Below are positions 30,101 to 45,100 of a stretch of DNA of 64,000 bases, in pieces. The DNA comes from Elusimicrobiota bacterium (GTDB taxonomy: Bacteria > CG03 > SLGR01 > JBDRKX01), in assembly GCA_043813605.1 (NCBI GenBank), contig JBDRKX010000047.1:32001-96000 (forward strand), given 5' to 3'. The translations under genes and the position numbers were made by a program. The notes below the pieces were generated by a model. The model saw only the letters and a list, made by a program, of their open reading frames with translations. It had not been told where the DNA came from and did no database searches. Each line of letters begins with the position of its first letter. The stretch's first letter is position 1.

Positions 30101-33100
30101 GCCTGTGTACCGCTCACAAGAAGCACTTTTATTCCTGCTTCAAGTGCTTCTACGACAATTTTAAGGTTATCTCCTTCAAGCGGAGAAAGCTCGTCACGGG
30201 TAAGCGTCCGGTTAATATCAAGGACGATAGTCCTCAGATCTACTTGTCTATCGGATTTTATCAGATTATCCAGCGCACTGGTTTTTTCGGTTATCGGTTC
30301 TTTACCCACGATCAACCGGCGATATTTTTTGGCCTGAATAAATCTTACCCATGGACTTTCGGATATCTTATTAAAATACAATTCCTCGTCGATATCTGTG
30401 GCAGAAGGGATAATATTTACGGCACCGTCATCCACATAATAGGCTTTCAGTTCACCGTTGTTTATCTTCCCTATGACTATATTATCCGGTTTCCAGCCGA
30501 AATCTTTCACATTTACATTGTTATCTATCAGCCCTCTTATCAATCTACGTACCAGCTCCATTTCTTCCGTTGTCATCGAGCCGGCTTTTATATTCAATGT
30601 CTTTCCTACAACCCGCTCTGAGACAATATACTTGAAAGAACCGGCAAAACCTTTACTGATTATTCCGGGAGACAATCCCAATCCGGACAGTTTTTCAAGC
30701 ATCCTTACTTCTTCAATAAAAGTGTTTTCAATACTGTCTTCGACATCCCACCTGCCTATTTTTATTACCCTGTCCGGATAGAACGGATGGACAAAAGCGC
30801 CTCTTGAAATATGTTCCGCCTCTTTTCTGATACCTTCCATTTCTATAATCAGCCGGTTTTGACTGTCATCATATTGAAGAACGGGTTCTTCGGCAGGTTT
30901 TTCTGCAACTATTGCAAGCGGTATCTTTGGAAGGAAATCGAATCTAGTGGCTATATGCCTGTTATAGAAATGTACAGATATGTTTCCTATGGAATGTAAT
31001 AGCGCTAATATTCCGGCTACAGCTATTGCCGGAGTAATCCCCTGACTTAAAAGAGTCAGGGCTACCGGTACAGCCATAGCCATCGAATGGACCGCAAGGA
31101 TTATCCGGTCCAGCCGCGTAGCTTTTGCGGGTGGAGCGTTTATATCATAATACACCCGCCTGTGGGCGATGAGGAAGATGATCGTAGCAATAGAACCTGC
31201 GCCTAATGATGCCAGTACATTGTTGATATCAAAAGTGCTTCCAAGTAACGCCAGCCCGCCTGCAACAAATCCGAGCCCGTATGTCTCTGCGGCTTCGATC
31301 AATCTCCGGCCGATTATACTATGCACCCATCTTTCGGGCCAGTACGGACTGATTGCCAGCGGAGGTTTCCCGTCATATATCACTTCTTGAGAAAGCGTTT
31401 CCAGCCGCCGGGCTTCAAGGTATTCAAGTAATGTATGCCGTAACATAGATACTCTTTCAGCAAGGTCGACAGTAGTCTTGTTCAACTCGGCTATCAGAAA
31501 CTTGACCTTATCTATATCCAGCCCTTCCCCGTTTTCTATCCAATAATCAGAAAGGTCCCTGTTATCGATCACATTGTCTACTTCTCCCTTTATGACCTGT
31601 TCGAACGAGGTGAGTGTTTCCCTGATACTTCTCTTCCTGCCTGTCTCTGTAAGCCCGCGGTACATACGACGCGACAACCTTATCATACGGTCTTCTTCGA
31701 GATCATCAAAGTCCGCCTGGATAAAGAATTTCCTCACACTTATACCTTCGGGTATTATCTCATCCATTTTCTTGCTTATCGCAAAAACGCCTTCAGCTAT
31801 TACCAGTTTCTGTCCAGGCTGGAGTTTGACTGTTTTATATCCCACCCGTTTTCTCAGATTCCGGTCGTAATCAGGTATTTGGGTTTCTTTTCCTGCGAGA
31901 AGATCGCTGATATTCTTTTCAAGAAGTCCAAAATCATAAGGCCCGTTTTCAGTTGATTCAGCCACCAGGACAAACCTGGGATCGTTTTTATCAAAATTAT
32001 ATATACCCATACCTATTAACAGGTTACCCTCAGCTATATCTTCGACCATCATGGTTTTCCCCGCGCCGGACAGGCCCCCGAGCAGTACAAGGCTGCCGTC
32101 AGGCATATCATCCGTAAGCCGCTTGAGTAAACCATCTTCATACGATATCTTTTGCGGTATTTTTGCAGCAGGTTTTACTTCTTCAGCTTCAGCAGTTTTT
32201 TCTGGAACTGCAGGATATTCTTTCCCTTCAGGCGTTCCCATAGTAACAAGTACTTTATGCCGTTTCCCGTCATTGACGAGGAGAATACCTTCTGCCGTTT
32301 CTATCCAGACTCCGTCCATTTCAATTTTTCCGATACCGGAGGAAACTACATCAGGATTTATCACTTCGATTTCATAGACAGATTTACCATATCTTTTTAA
32401 AACCTTAAACCCTTTTGCTCCCCACTCTTCGGGAAGCACCGGATCGATAAACAGCCTGCTGCCGTCCCTGAATTTTAATCCCAGCATACTTTCCACCATT
32501 ATCCTGAAGATCCAGCCGGCAGATCCCGTATACCCTGTCCATCCCGCCACGCCCTCGGGACTTATATCAGCAGCGGCGACATACGGCTCGCCCCTATAGT
32601 TTCTGTCCTTTGCATGTTCCGCAGGATTCAGAACCCTGTATACTTTCCATAATAGATCAGCGTATTTCCTTTGATCCTTGGAGCCGGTATCCTGACGCGC
32701 GATTATTGAAAGGGCCTGCACCATCCATACTATACCATGGGTATATTGCCCGCCGTTTTCCCTGTCGCCGGGGTAATATTTTCCAAGATGCCCTTCCGGA
32801 AAATCTTCATTTCCGTTCACAGGTCTATCAAAAAGCCTTATGATATTTAGATTTTCATCATATAGTTCATCAAGCGCTGTCATAAATGCTTTTTTGGCAA
32901 GCTTTTCACCGACCGCACCGGATATTACGGACCAGGCTTGAGGTAAAGCAAATAGTTTTCTTATCCCGATACCCTTATCAGTAAAAGCCCTGATAAACCA
33001 TCTCTTTCTCAGTCCTTTTTTAGCCAGTGCATATTTTTCTATATTTTTCGAGAGTTCACTAGCTCTTGATTTATATTCTCCGGCAGTTTCACTATCGCCT

Positions 33101-36100
33101 TTCTTTTCTGCCAGCGCGGCAAAATCCATCAGGGTCTTATACAGAAAAAATGCAAGCCAGACACTTTCTCCTTTGCCTTTGATTCCTACTGCATCCAGCC
33201 CGTCGTTCCAGTCACCGGATCCTATCAAAGGAAGTCCGTGTTCCCCCATCCTTTTATTGATGACAAAGTCAATGGACTTTTTCGCGTGTCCATACACTGA
33301 AGCCGTCTGCTCTGGATCATCCGAAGAAATAAATTGCGTGACATAGTCTTTTTCATCCGCATTAAGAAGCCTGCCGCTCAGATACGGTATTTTCTCATCA
33401 AGGATATCCATATCACCCGTTACATCGACATAGTGCGCCAGGCCGTATGACAGCCACAGAAGATTATCCGATATACGTGTTCTTATTCCCAGGCTGACTT
33501 CCTTGCCATTTTCATTTATTCCGTAATCATGCCACCAGTGAAGGACATCTCCTTCAGGGAACTGCCTGGCCGCACACTTTATAAGATGTTCACGGGCCCT
33601 CTTGATATCTTCAGGAGTATTTGATGAAGCCAATGTCAGCACTGTCTGCAACTGATCCCTGAAACCAAAGGCACCTCCGGGCTGATAGAAACCGGTCTTT
33701 CCGAGATAATGCCATACAACTGCCTGATAACGCATCCAATCTATCATCTTATTGAAGTTTTTATCAGGTGTTTCAACAACAAGATCATTCAGATAAGAAT
33801 TCCAATTTCTCTGCCCTTTATTAAAAGTCTCACTAATACTGGAAGGATCACTGTATTTTTTCATCAGTTCAGCAGCTCCGACTCCTGCTGCATCGTTTTC
33901 CGTCATGCCAAGTATATAAGTTACCCTGGACTTATACTCATTTTTTTCATTAAGGTTAAGCCTCACTGTTATCCCGGAAAACGGATCTGCCGCTGTCCTG
34001 AACACATCATTTCCCGCTGTAATAACAGAAGCGTCTTCCGCTATTACATTATGAAATGCTATCGAGTCAGGAACCAGCGCATCGGGATTGCGCGCCAATA
34101 TTGTATCGTGTCTAACCTCAGTTTTCGTGTTATCTACGGCATTATTATAATCCCTGCTTAATGCCCACTTAAGAAAACTGCCTATCTCTATCTCTTTACT
34201 GCCCTCAGTTTTATCACCAAGATATTCGATATCGATATCCCAGAATTCGACAGGCTCATTGTCGCCGGAGACGAACATCGTCATAGAGATCTTCCAGGTG
34301 TCTTTCTTATCATATATGTATTTGATATATCCCTGGCCTATTTCAACCTTATATACATTTTGATCCCTGTCTGGCTTAGGATTTGCAGCTATTGACCATT
34401 CCCGGCCGGTCTGGATGTCTTTTACAAGAACGCCTCTCAGAGGTTCTTCTGTAACTATATCCGGTTCGGCCGCAGTTACTCTCTTCTGCTGGGCATTACC
34501 ATTAAAACTGAACACCGACCCTGCGGCGGTAGCGGCAAAACCGTATCCCGATTCATTGGCCACCACCTGGGTATAGGGTTTACCCGTTGCAAAAGGATCT
34601 TCTAATGTATAGGCGCGGCCGTCTTCTGAAAATATTCCGGCGGCTTTCTTTTCTTCCTTCGGTTCAGGGATTTCTCTTTTCATCCTCCATTGACGCCGGG
34701 CATGGGATGCGAACCAATCCATATATTTTTTCAAGCGCACTTCCCGGAGAACTGCTTTATGAGTTTTTTCGCCTGCCGCCTGTTCCTGCTCTTTCAGATA
34801 ATTATCATCCCTGTATTTGCCCAGCAGGCTTTTTACTTCCTTTCCATTTGAAGCCCTTCCGATCATAAATGTCATGCTTTTTTCACTGCCAGCCTTCAGT
34901 CTCATTTTCTTTGACAGGGCGCCGGCAGGATCCCTGACATAACTGGTCCCGGATATCAGTCCTTTTATCATTGCTATGGGTGATGACAGATTTCTAAGGC
35001 GCCCTATGAAGTTCATCCTGCTTTCAGCATGGCTGTCAACTTGCCCGTCTCCGCCTATAGCGAAGAAGCCGAAAGGCTGCTGGTCCTGAGCATCTCCTGT
35101 AACCCTGCGGCGGGCGGTTATTACTTTCAGCTCTTTATCGTAAGAAGCCCCTAACGTGAGTTTTCTGAATATAGTCGCATCCTTCCAGGCTACCATATGA
35201 TCCATAATCCATTCAAGGTAACCGATAATATCCAGTTCCCGGTCAGTACCTGTATTGTTTATAAGCTGCACTTCCCATACCTCAACCGGATCATTCTTCG
35301 ATACAAACCCGCTAACCTCAACTTTTATCTCACCTTCAGGAAGTTCCAGAGTACCTGTAATAATTATCTTTCCGTCCTGTACTTTCGTATCTAACGGCTT
35401 CAGCCCGACCGGAAGCATCTCACCGGTAGCCACGTCTTTTATGTAAAATATGCGGTTGTAATAAAGAGCTTCTTCTCCGAGCCAACTCGAACCGCCGCCT
35501 TCAGATGGAGCATGGATCGTATAACCGTGATGTCCTTCAAGAGCATCAGGCAGTTCAACTCCTACCTGCTCCTGCCTGTACTGGTATTGATAGTCATAGG
35601 CATTAGCTATATCGCTTTCAACCTTTTCTTCTTCTACCGCGTATTCGGATTGAGGCGTATTTAAAATCCGTTCAACGATACCGATTCGGGAGACAGCTGA
35701 TAAGAGTGCTTTTTCTGTCTTTTCATCCAAACCTGCTCCTTCTATATCTTTTTTACTCCCTGTCACTATATAATACGGTTTCTCCTCCCGGATCAATCCT
35801 TTATCAATAAGGGCCGGTATACCTTCCAGTTCATCTTCAAATACAGCTCCCCTGTTAAAAGGATTGGTATGGAATAACTCCTGCAGATACCCGCCGCTCA
35901 GCAGATTGAATATTGAAATAGCTCCCATACCTGCGGAATGGTGCGCATATATTCTGGGCGTTATTATTTTTGTTCCATCTTCTTTAAATTCAACCGACTC
36001 ATAATATCCTACAGGTGTCTTCAATCCCATCTTTTCATATTTTCTTAAAGCCTTAAGGGATTCTTCCGAAGCCCACGGAGCCTCCATCTGGGCCGCATAC

Positions 36101-39100
36101 GGAGAATATACTTTACGATTGATAACTTTACCGTCAATGTTCTGCGCGTTACCGGCGACACCTATCGGACCGTAACCGACCCAATCCCCATTATCCTTCG
36201 GATCATAGGCTGTCTCGGATTGTCCAAAAACACCTTTCATGGAGGCCGCAAGTTGTCTCCGGGTTGTTACAGAATGGACTTTGCTCAGCATTTCGGAATC
36301 ATCTTCCCGCATAATGATCCCGGGAAGCTTGACTTCAAATGATGAGCCGTGCCACGGCAGAGCAGGGACACCGGCTCCTTCCTCATTGGTACCCTTGAGA
36401 AATCTCTTCAAGTGTTTCCAGTGATGCTCCGGCAGCTGGCCTTCCATGATTCCAAGCATACTCGCTATCCTGTTTTCACTTAAAAGAAGGTCATAATAAC
36501 CGTCACTGCCATGAAGGCCACTTTCAAAACCTTCAGTTTTCCTGATGTCAGCGTGCTGCCCGACGAAATGAAGGAGTCCGTTTTCTTCATTATAAAGCCT
36601 GTCGAACCGCATATCCCTGACTATTTTCAATATCCGCGCCTGGAGTTCGGGATCGGATATACTGCCTTCCGCCATTAACATAAATGCCGCGAAATTACCG
36701 TTATCGACCGTAGATATGGCCGCTACAAAATCATCGGGATGGATGATCTTTTTCTGTTTATTATTTCCATTCTTATACCAGCTATCCTCGTATACATATA
36801 AATATCGCGTATTGTACCAGTTATATAGATGTCCCTGGTATTTGGGCAGTTTCTCAATAACGGCAACGGTGTTCCGCAGCCTTTTCAGGGCTTCTTCTTC
36901 TGTTATACTGCCGCTCTTCCATTCCATGACAGCAGTTAAAATATTTAATCCGATATTTGTAGGAGATGTCCTATGGTCTATTTTACTTCTGGCTTTCATA
37001 ATCACATTGATTTTATTTTCCGCCCAGTTTCTTGTCACAGGCAGCTTTGTAATAAAACTCAGTATCCGGATTTTAAGTTTATCACTGCCGGATAAGTTTA
37101 AGATAACATTATCCGGCGTCAGGAAATCGACGCAGGTCTCGTTAAGAGACCCTGTTTCAGGATCTACTTCACTTATGCCGGTCTTCGGATCGATCTCGGC
37201 AGGCAGTTTTTTAATATCTTCAAAAGTTGCATTGGCAAAAAGGTTATGATACCTGAAAGCCTCATTTAGTATTTCCTGATATGATCTGCGGCCGGCACGG
37301 CTCAACTCCGGTATTTTTCTCCCGGCTTTCTCAGGCAAAGACGGGATCGCAGTAACTGAGGCAGGTTCTTTTTCAGAAATTATGACTGTTTCAGGTATCT
37401 TAAATTCCTTCCCATCTCTTGTCCTGAATTTGGCCTGATTTATTATTCTAACAGCGCTCTCCGGGCCGCCGCCGATTGTTATCGGCGCATCATCTTCATC
37501 ACCTACGGATATTGCTCCCTCCAGGTTCAATATACGCCCGTCATTTCCAAACCCGTTTAAATATTTATCTGCTATGATTAAAATATTCTTATCACGGAGA
37601 TCAGACAGATTATTTCTTTTCTCAACTGCTGCTTTAAAAACTTTAAAAGCTTCCAGTTTATCTGAAGTACAAATGTCCAGATTCTGATCTTGTGAAATAT
37701 ATATTTTTAAATCGTTTATCCCTTCAAGCTCTAACTCATAACTCATTACATCTAAAGTCAATTTGTTGACGATACTTCTAAACTCCGTTAGAGTTAAGCC
37801 GGTTCCCCGTTCTAAATATTCTTTAATTTTGATGTTACCTTTCAGGCTGAAAGGAACTTTGGTTTTATCTATGATTTGCTGTATTCTATTAACCTCATCT
37901 ATACTAACTGTATCAATAAAGCCTCCAATCAAACTTATATTATATTTATTCCCTTCTTCTTCTTCTGCAGTTAACTCATACTTCGTTATTAAATTATTTA
38001 TATACTTGACATCATTTTCTTTAAATTTTATATTTTCAACGTGACCGTTATTTTCCAGTCTTGAACCATTAGAAGTGAAAATATAAAGATTCGCCCTGTC
38101 TCCCGTAATATACGGCAGTATATTTTTCCTGAGTGATTTTATTCCCCTGCCTGAGGCCAGCGCCACAGGTATTCCCATATTGAGAAGAATAGAGATTACA
38201 TCTGCTATTTCTTTTGAAATCCCGGGAGTTAAAGTCAAAGTCCCATCTACATCGAAAAAAGCTCCGTGTTTGACCGCTTTTAAGGAATCCTCAAGCAGAT
38301 TTACAGCGGGTTTTTCTTTTGCCGGTTTGACGAGTTTCACGCCGAATTCTCTTTCTATATCTTCAAGCGTTATCCTGGCAGCTGCGCAGTTCGCTTCGCC
38401 TGCCCCGTAAGTTATGTGGAATATATTGTCATTTTTATTAAAAACGGCTGTCGGATAAACCTGTTTCAGATCCAATTTCAGTAAACCCTTGAACCGTTTA
38501 TATTTGGAATACCCGTAGATGCCTATAGCTTCAGCTATTTCAGTATCTTTTGAGGGATATAGCAGCGGTTTTGGCTGGCCTACAAGCTTCAGGTTTTCAT
38601 CAAAACCGGCCACCTCAGTAATATATACCCGATCGATTTCTCCGGCTTCCTTTTCATAAAACGCACGGTGAAGAAACATAAGATATTTTATTTTCCTTCC
38701 CTCAACAGGTATGAGCGGCGAGCCGCTTCCTACCCATTGGCCGTCAGGCGCATATATAACCGTATCTTTATCAAGGTTGAAACTATCCCAGAATTCAGCT
38801 CTTATTTTTTCATCAGTGATCAGATCTATCAGTTTTTCCGCGGAACCGATCTTTGTTATCTGTATGTCAGGTTTTATTCTGTGAATAAGTATAATGTTCC
38901 CGTCTTCCATCTGCTGGACTACGGCATTTTTGTGGTAATAATCATTAAATCTGCTGCTCCCTATCGGCCCCTGATACTCAAATGTCTTCAGATCTCTGCT
39001 GAGAGCTACTGCCGGCCCTAATAGCTCATCCCATCCTGTTTCGGCATTACGTTCCACTTCGACATAAGTTACACACCACCATTTTTCACCTTTTATGGTT

Positions 39101-42100
39101 ATTTGCGTTAGTCTCGGATTTTCAAAACTCCTGATCCTGCCACCTACAATTTCATCGTCAGCGGATATAAGCACCCTTAATGACTTTTTATCTACCTCGT
39201 ATTCAGAAGTATCGCTGTTATAGGTGACATCGCCTATCCCTATAACGGAAGAAGTATCCTCATACCACGCTCTGAACACGATTTTATCATCTTCTATGTG
39301 CGGGTTTATTACACCCAGTATTTTACCTCTGGCGCTAAATTCTGGGATGTCTTTTATATCATCTAATCCAAGTATTATCTCTTCACCGGGTTCTTTACCG
39401 TACCGTTCAGTATGGAATTTCTCTTCCATCTTCTTCAGGGTATCCTTATCCGTTACCCCGTAACGGCCATTGATAAATGCTCTTGCAATTGTCCTTATTT
39501 TTTGTAATAACCTGCTTATTGCCGGTTTCGGATAAAATGTGATCCTCTCCTCAGGCATGATTATACGCTTCACGACTTGAGGCTTTTCGGCTTCAGCCCG
39601 CTTAATATCAATGGTTTCGATCACACTTTCAAGATGCAGTGAATGTTTACTGTTTAAATCGACAAGATAATCCCTTACATTATCTATATTATCCGCGACG
39701 ACTATTCCTTTCTGCAATATGGTATAAAGAAATTCTGCTGATAAACTGTGCTCGTTTAATTCATGTTCGACCGCAGACAACAGTTTTACAGCATTTATGA
39801 TATTTTGCTCAGGATAATCTTTGAATATTCCATCGATCTTTTCATCAGTTATTCCCAATTCCTGTAATTTATAACTTACTGCATATCGTTCATCTACATC
39901 AACTTTCAATTCTCTGATAATGTCATACATCGAGACCCTTGCCGCAGCGCAGTGAATATCTCCCGCGCCATAAAAGATATGAAGGACACCGTCTTTTACA
40001 TAGCCTTCCGGAAAAGTATTCTCCAGATCAAGCATGTTTCTTGATTTAAATGCTTTATAAGCTTCGTATCCGAACAGACCGATAGTATCTGCCATTTCAT
40101 AATCTTCTTGCGGAACAATAAATGCTTTAGGCTTGCCAATTAATTGTAAATCTTTGTCAAGGCCGACAATTTCCCCTACATACCGGCGCCTTTGCTCTCC
40201 CTCTTCTTCTACTCTGAATGCCCGGTGAAGTGTAAAGAGATACTTTACATTGCCAAAATTATTTACAGGGATCAGTTGTGATCCGCCTCCCAGCCACTGT
40301 CCTTCAGGCGCTGTTAGAATTGCATCTTTGTCAGCATCAAAGCCTTTCCAGAATTTATTTCTATAATCTTCATCATGCATTAAACGATATACATCCTGAA
40401 TAGAACCTATTTTCGTTATCTGAATGGCCGGTTTCAGCCTGTGTATCAGGACTATGGTTCCGTCATCAAGCTGCTGGAGGATACCGTCTTTGTGGTCCCT
40501 CTTTGAATAATAAGGGGCGCCTGTCCCAAGCACTCCACGGTCATCAATCGTTTTTAAATCACTGCTTAGCGCTATCGCCGGGCGTACGGACCATTTACCC
40601 TCTAACTTTACCGCTTCGGTATATGTAACACACCATTTCCCGTCGATTTTAGTTAAACGCGGATCTTCACAAGAAAATGATTTAAAACCATATTTGTCTG
40701 CATCTTTTGGTGATATAAGCATCCGTATCGAGCCTTTTATTATCTCGAACTCTTTGAGTTCCTTGTTGTAATCGAGGTCAGCAGCGCCTATTGAGGATAC
40801 TCCGTTCGCATACCAGACACGGAAAACTATTTTATCGTCCAATACACCCGGATTAAATACACCGATTATTTTGCTCTTGATATCAAAATCAGGAAGCGAT
40901 TCGATATCTTTTATACTAAGTACCAGTTTTGAATATCTTTCCGTATTGAAAGATTCTTCCGATTCTTCCAGCTTCTGTCTGTCCGTTACCCCGTATTCAA
41001 TAGTTGTTTCTTCGATCATCTCAGCGACTACGGCAGGTTTTTCAATTGAAGCAACAAGATCTGCTATTATCGAACTCTGCTCGGCACCTGATATTTTTTC
41101 GAGCATTATTCCCGTGATATCTCTTCCTTCTAATACAAGGTAGCCCCTGTTATCACCATAGTGCTCGGCATGTCCGACATCCACATTGATTATCAGCTTA
41201 TTCTTTTCATCATAGACTCTTATCCTATCCCCGATTTCAGACAAGGGCGGCGTATGGGCAACTATCTGCTTCAGCTCCGCAATTCCAAAATAGGTTACAA
41301 TATCCCCGTTGTAATCCGCCCAGAATAAGCCGCCAGTTCCGCGTCCGCCCCGTGACTCACCCTGATTGAAAATATGATCCCTATAGCTGGCTTGCTCTAT
41401 TCCGGCCTTGAAGCGTTCATTAAATTCTTCGTTTAATTCAGATGCCGGACGGCCTTGTGATAATTCATTGACCACTCCACCGTGCGCGAATATCATGCCG
41501 CCGGCATAATACGTTGCCTGCAGCCTGTCATATGCAATATCATCAAGCATATCAGCCAGCATACCTTTAATAACAGGATGGTCAGCTAATGCCTTAAACT
41601 CCTGTTCATCCTTAACAGATTTAATTCCTATGCTTTTTACCAATCGATCACCGCCGTCAGCGAAGAAGGCAGGGGCGTAGTTATAATATCTGTTAAACAA
41701 TTCCTGTTCTGCATCAAAATTAAAGGATGCCTGCAATTCCATGTTCATCTTATGGAACGCTTGAATAAACTCCAGCTCGTGGTTGCCGAGCAGTCTTACT
41801 ACCTTTCCGCCCTTTGCTTCGGCTTTTTCCTGGAGATCCCTTATAAATTTAACCGCCTTGATACCATCCGGACCGCGGCCTATCATATCTCCCATCTGAA
41901 CCAGTACAGTATCACCGCCGATCCAGTTATCTTTATCATCTATCAGACCTGCGTCTCTAAGGTCATGCTTAAAGGCATCTAACGAACCTTCAATATCGCC
42001 GATAACGACATGCCTTCTATCAACAGCTTCATCCATCGTCGCTATACTGCGCGTGTCACCTCGGGTCCAGCCTTCCCGGGCGTTTTCTAATTGAATTCTT

Positions 42101-45100
42101 TTTGCTTGAACGTCTTCCCTTGTTATAGTGCCGGCGGTTTCAACCGGTTCTCTGAAATATGGTTCTGATATTTCAGGTATAAAATCCGCATATTTATCAC
42201 CTAATATCAGTCTGGTTAATGCATAATCACTGCCCAGCACTTCCCATAACTTAAGTACTGACTCCTTTGTAACTTTCTTATAATCAATAAGATCTAATTT
42301 ATTGGAAGCAAAAGGCCAGTCTCCTTCATTAAGATAAGAGACAGGCAGGATAAAAATTCCTAAATTTTCATATTCGCGGCCGCCTTTTTGAATAAATTGA
42401 TCCTCAGCTATACTTACTATTGCCGGCATACCGTAGATATCAGCAATAACAAACCTATGCATAGATCCCCCATCTCCAATAGCAGATGACTGATCAGGAT
42501 AAATCTTTCCGCCTACACGCCTATCGTCATCTATATCAACTACAACAGTAGTAAAACCTTTACCACTCAGTATTTTATTGACCTCATTGGCATACTTCTC
42601 GCAAACAGCCGGATATTCGATGGAACTTCTATAGCCCGTCAATTTTACTTCTTTCTCTGATTTTTCTTTCTGTATTGCCAGAAGGCCCATAACTTCTTTG
42701 ATTTTGGATATACGTTCAGTATTCAGACTATTGCCTGTTATCTTTTCATATATATCTATGAACTTTTCCAGATCCATATTGGAATATAAATGATACACAT
42801 AAGTTTCTTTTCTAACTATATCCTGGGCTAATCTAATTAATTCTTTCTGAATAGGTGTCTCTAATATTTTTTCATGTGCATCATCAAAGGAAAGGCCTTC
42901 TTGAAGGAGTTTCTGGAGGGTAAGTTCGCGCTCTATAAGAGCGTTAATCATTTTAATAACGGGCTTATTCCCATGCTCTCCGTATAACGCGGCAAACAAT
43001 TTCTCATGGATTACCAGCATACCTTTGCCTGTCTTGTAATCCATATCCAGCCAAGCCAGCATAAACAAGCCTTTATTTCTTATCAGCCTGTCGTCTGCTA
43101 TTACCTTTACATCAATACCTTCCGGTATACCCAATAATTCCAGAAGCTCTTTGTCAGCATTAAATTTTCTCTTTAAATCTTTTATACCGTCTTTTTCAAA
43201 GTCTTCCAGTTCCATCAGTTTTATTTCCTTTTTGGAAAGATATATATTGAGCAATATTTCAAATAGTTTATATATTGATATCCCCTGCAGCATTCCCGGC
43301 AGTTCAGGAATCTGTCTTTCAGTTATATCAACTCCAAACTGTTTCAGTACTACAAGCGCTTCACTGAAAGGCGATGCCTTTACCAGCAACTTAACCATAT
43401 CTGAAAGTGTACCTATATGCAGCATACTGATTTTTGCGATCCCGGCTGCTGTCATCTCTTTCCTGCCTTTATCTATAACATCAGATTCAACAGTCTCGGT
43501 AATCAAACCGGCGGCCGCCTGATCAAGGAATACATTGAACGAAGAATGGTTTTGAAAAGCGGTGGCCGGGACTTCGTGTGTTATCTCGCCGAGGATAGTC
43601 TTCTGAATAGCAACTGCTTTGCCTTCACCACTTGCAAGAAGCATTATTTCCCGGGAAGCGATAATATCCGCTATGCCCATGGTCAGAGCCTGCCTCGGAA
43701 CGTCTTCTTTCCTTTTAAAGAATCTGGAGTTTGCCTCTCTTGTCTCTGGATGCAGATCGGTAATATGCGTAGATATAGCCGGGTCTGTACCGGGTTCATT
43801 GAAGGCGATATGACCGTTATTCCCTATACCGAGTATCGCTATATCTATACCTCCGGCATCCTTTATTGCCTCCCTGTACCTCGATATCTCCCCATTGATA
43901 TCCGGAGCAATACCATTAAGGAAATTTATATTCTCTTTTTTTAGACCGTGGTGGTAAAGATGACTGAACAATTTTTCTTCCATGAAGAACCTGTAACTCT
44001 GGGAATGGTTTATAAGGTCTTCATAATAATTCGGGAATATATACTCATCCAGGTTAAAAGTAATAACTTTTGACCAGTCTACTTCGGCACCCTTGTTTAT
44101 AAGTACTTTATACATGCCCTCCGGGGTAGAACCGGTCGCGAAGCATACTGTAGCTCTTCCCTTTTCTGCTATTTTCCTATTTATTAAATTAATAAGTTTG
44201 GCGGCTGCCTTTTCACTCATTTGATCATAGTCGGCAGATAGTTGAATATTAAATCCTGCCGGAGGCTCATATTTATCCAGGAATGCAGCCATTATCATCT
44301 CAGGAGTCTCTAATTTTTCGATCTCATTGATAATCCAGCTTGCTTTAGCACCATACATATTCGTGAAAGACTGATTAAACGTATTTTTCTTGCTAAGAAG
44401 AACAGTTTCTCCTCTCTTTTCTACTTTTGTATCATCTCCTGATCGAAGAATCTCTAAATAATCGTGAGCATCCCGGATAAATCCGACAGCTGCTTCTTCT
44501 CCCATAACTTCTTTTATCCCGTTAAATATAGCTTTCATAGAAAGTGAATTATCATAAATCATCAATTTGCTTAATACTACGAGTATCTCGAAAGGAGGAT
44601 ATCTCCTGGCAAGATCTATATCAAAAACTTTTAATACTCTTTCACCATCTCTTGAAACATAACCTAGATTCTCGAATTTAACATCTATAGGAAATTCAAA
44701 GCTATAACCGTTATATATTCCGGTTTGTTTCCATGTATCCCGGTTAATTCTGCACGCTTCCAGATATGTTTTAACAGCATCGGTTAAAACCAGATACGCC
44801 TTATCTTCGCTGAGTCCTTCAAAATCTATACGTTCGGCATATTCTTCAGTACTTATTATTAGGCTGTCTGTTCCATCGGAAGAGGTTACATTGTTTCTTG
44901 AAATAGCGATTTTTACCGCATTTTCACTCCTTGGCCATATTAAGAAGGTATCACCATAAAACGGATCTTTATCGTGCAAATCATCCCTGAATAATTCTGT
45001 TCCTTTGGAACTCTGTGTTTTAAGTACAAATACATATCTCTTGTTAACAGTAACTTTGTATGCTTTTTTAAAGTTCCCTTCGCCGATATATTCGACATTT

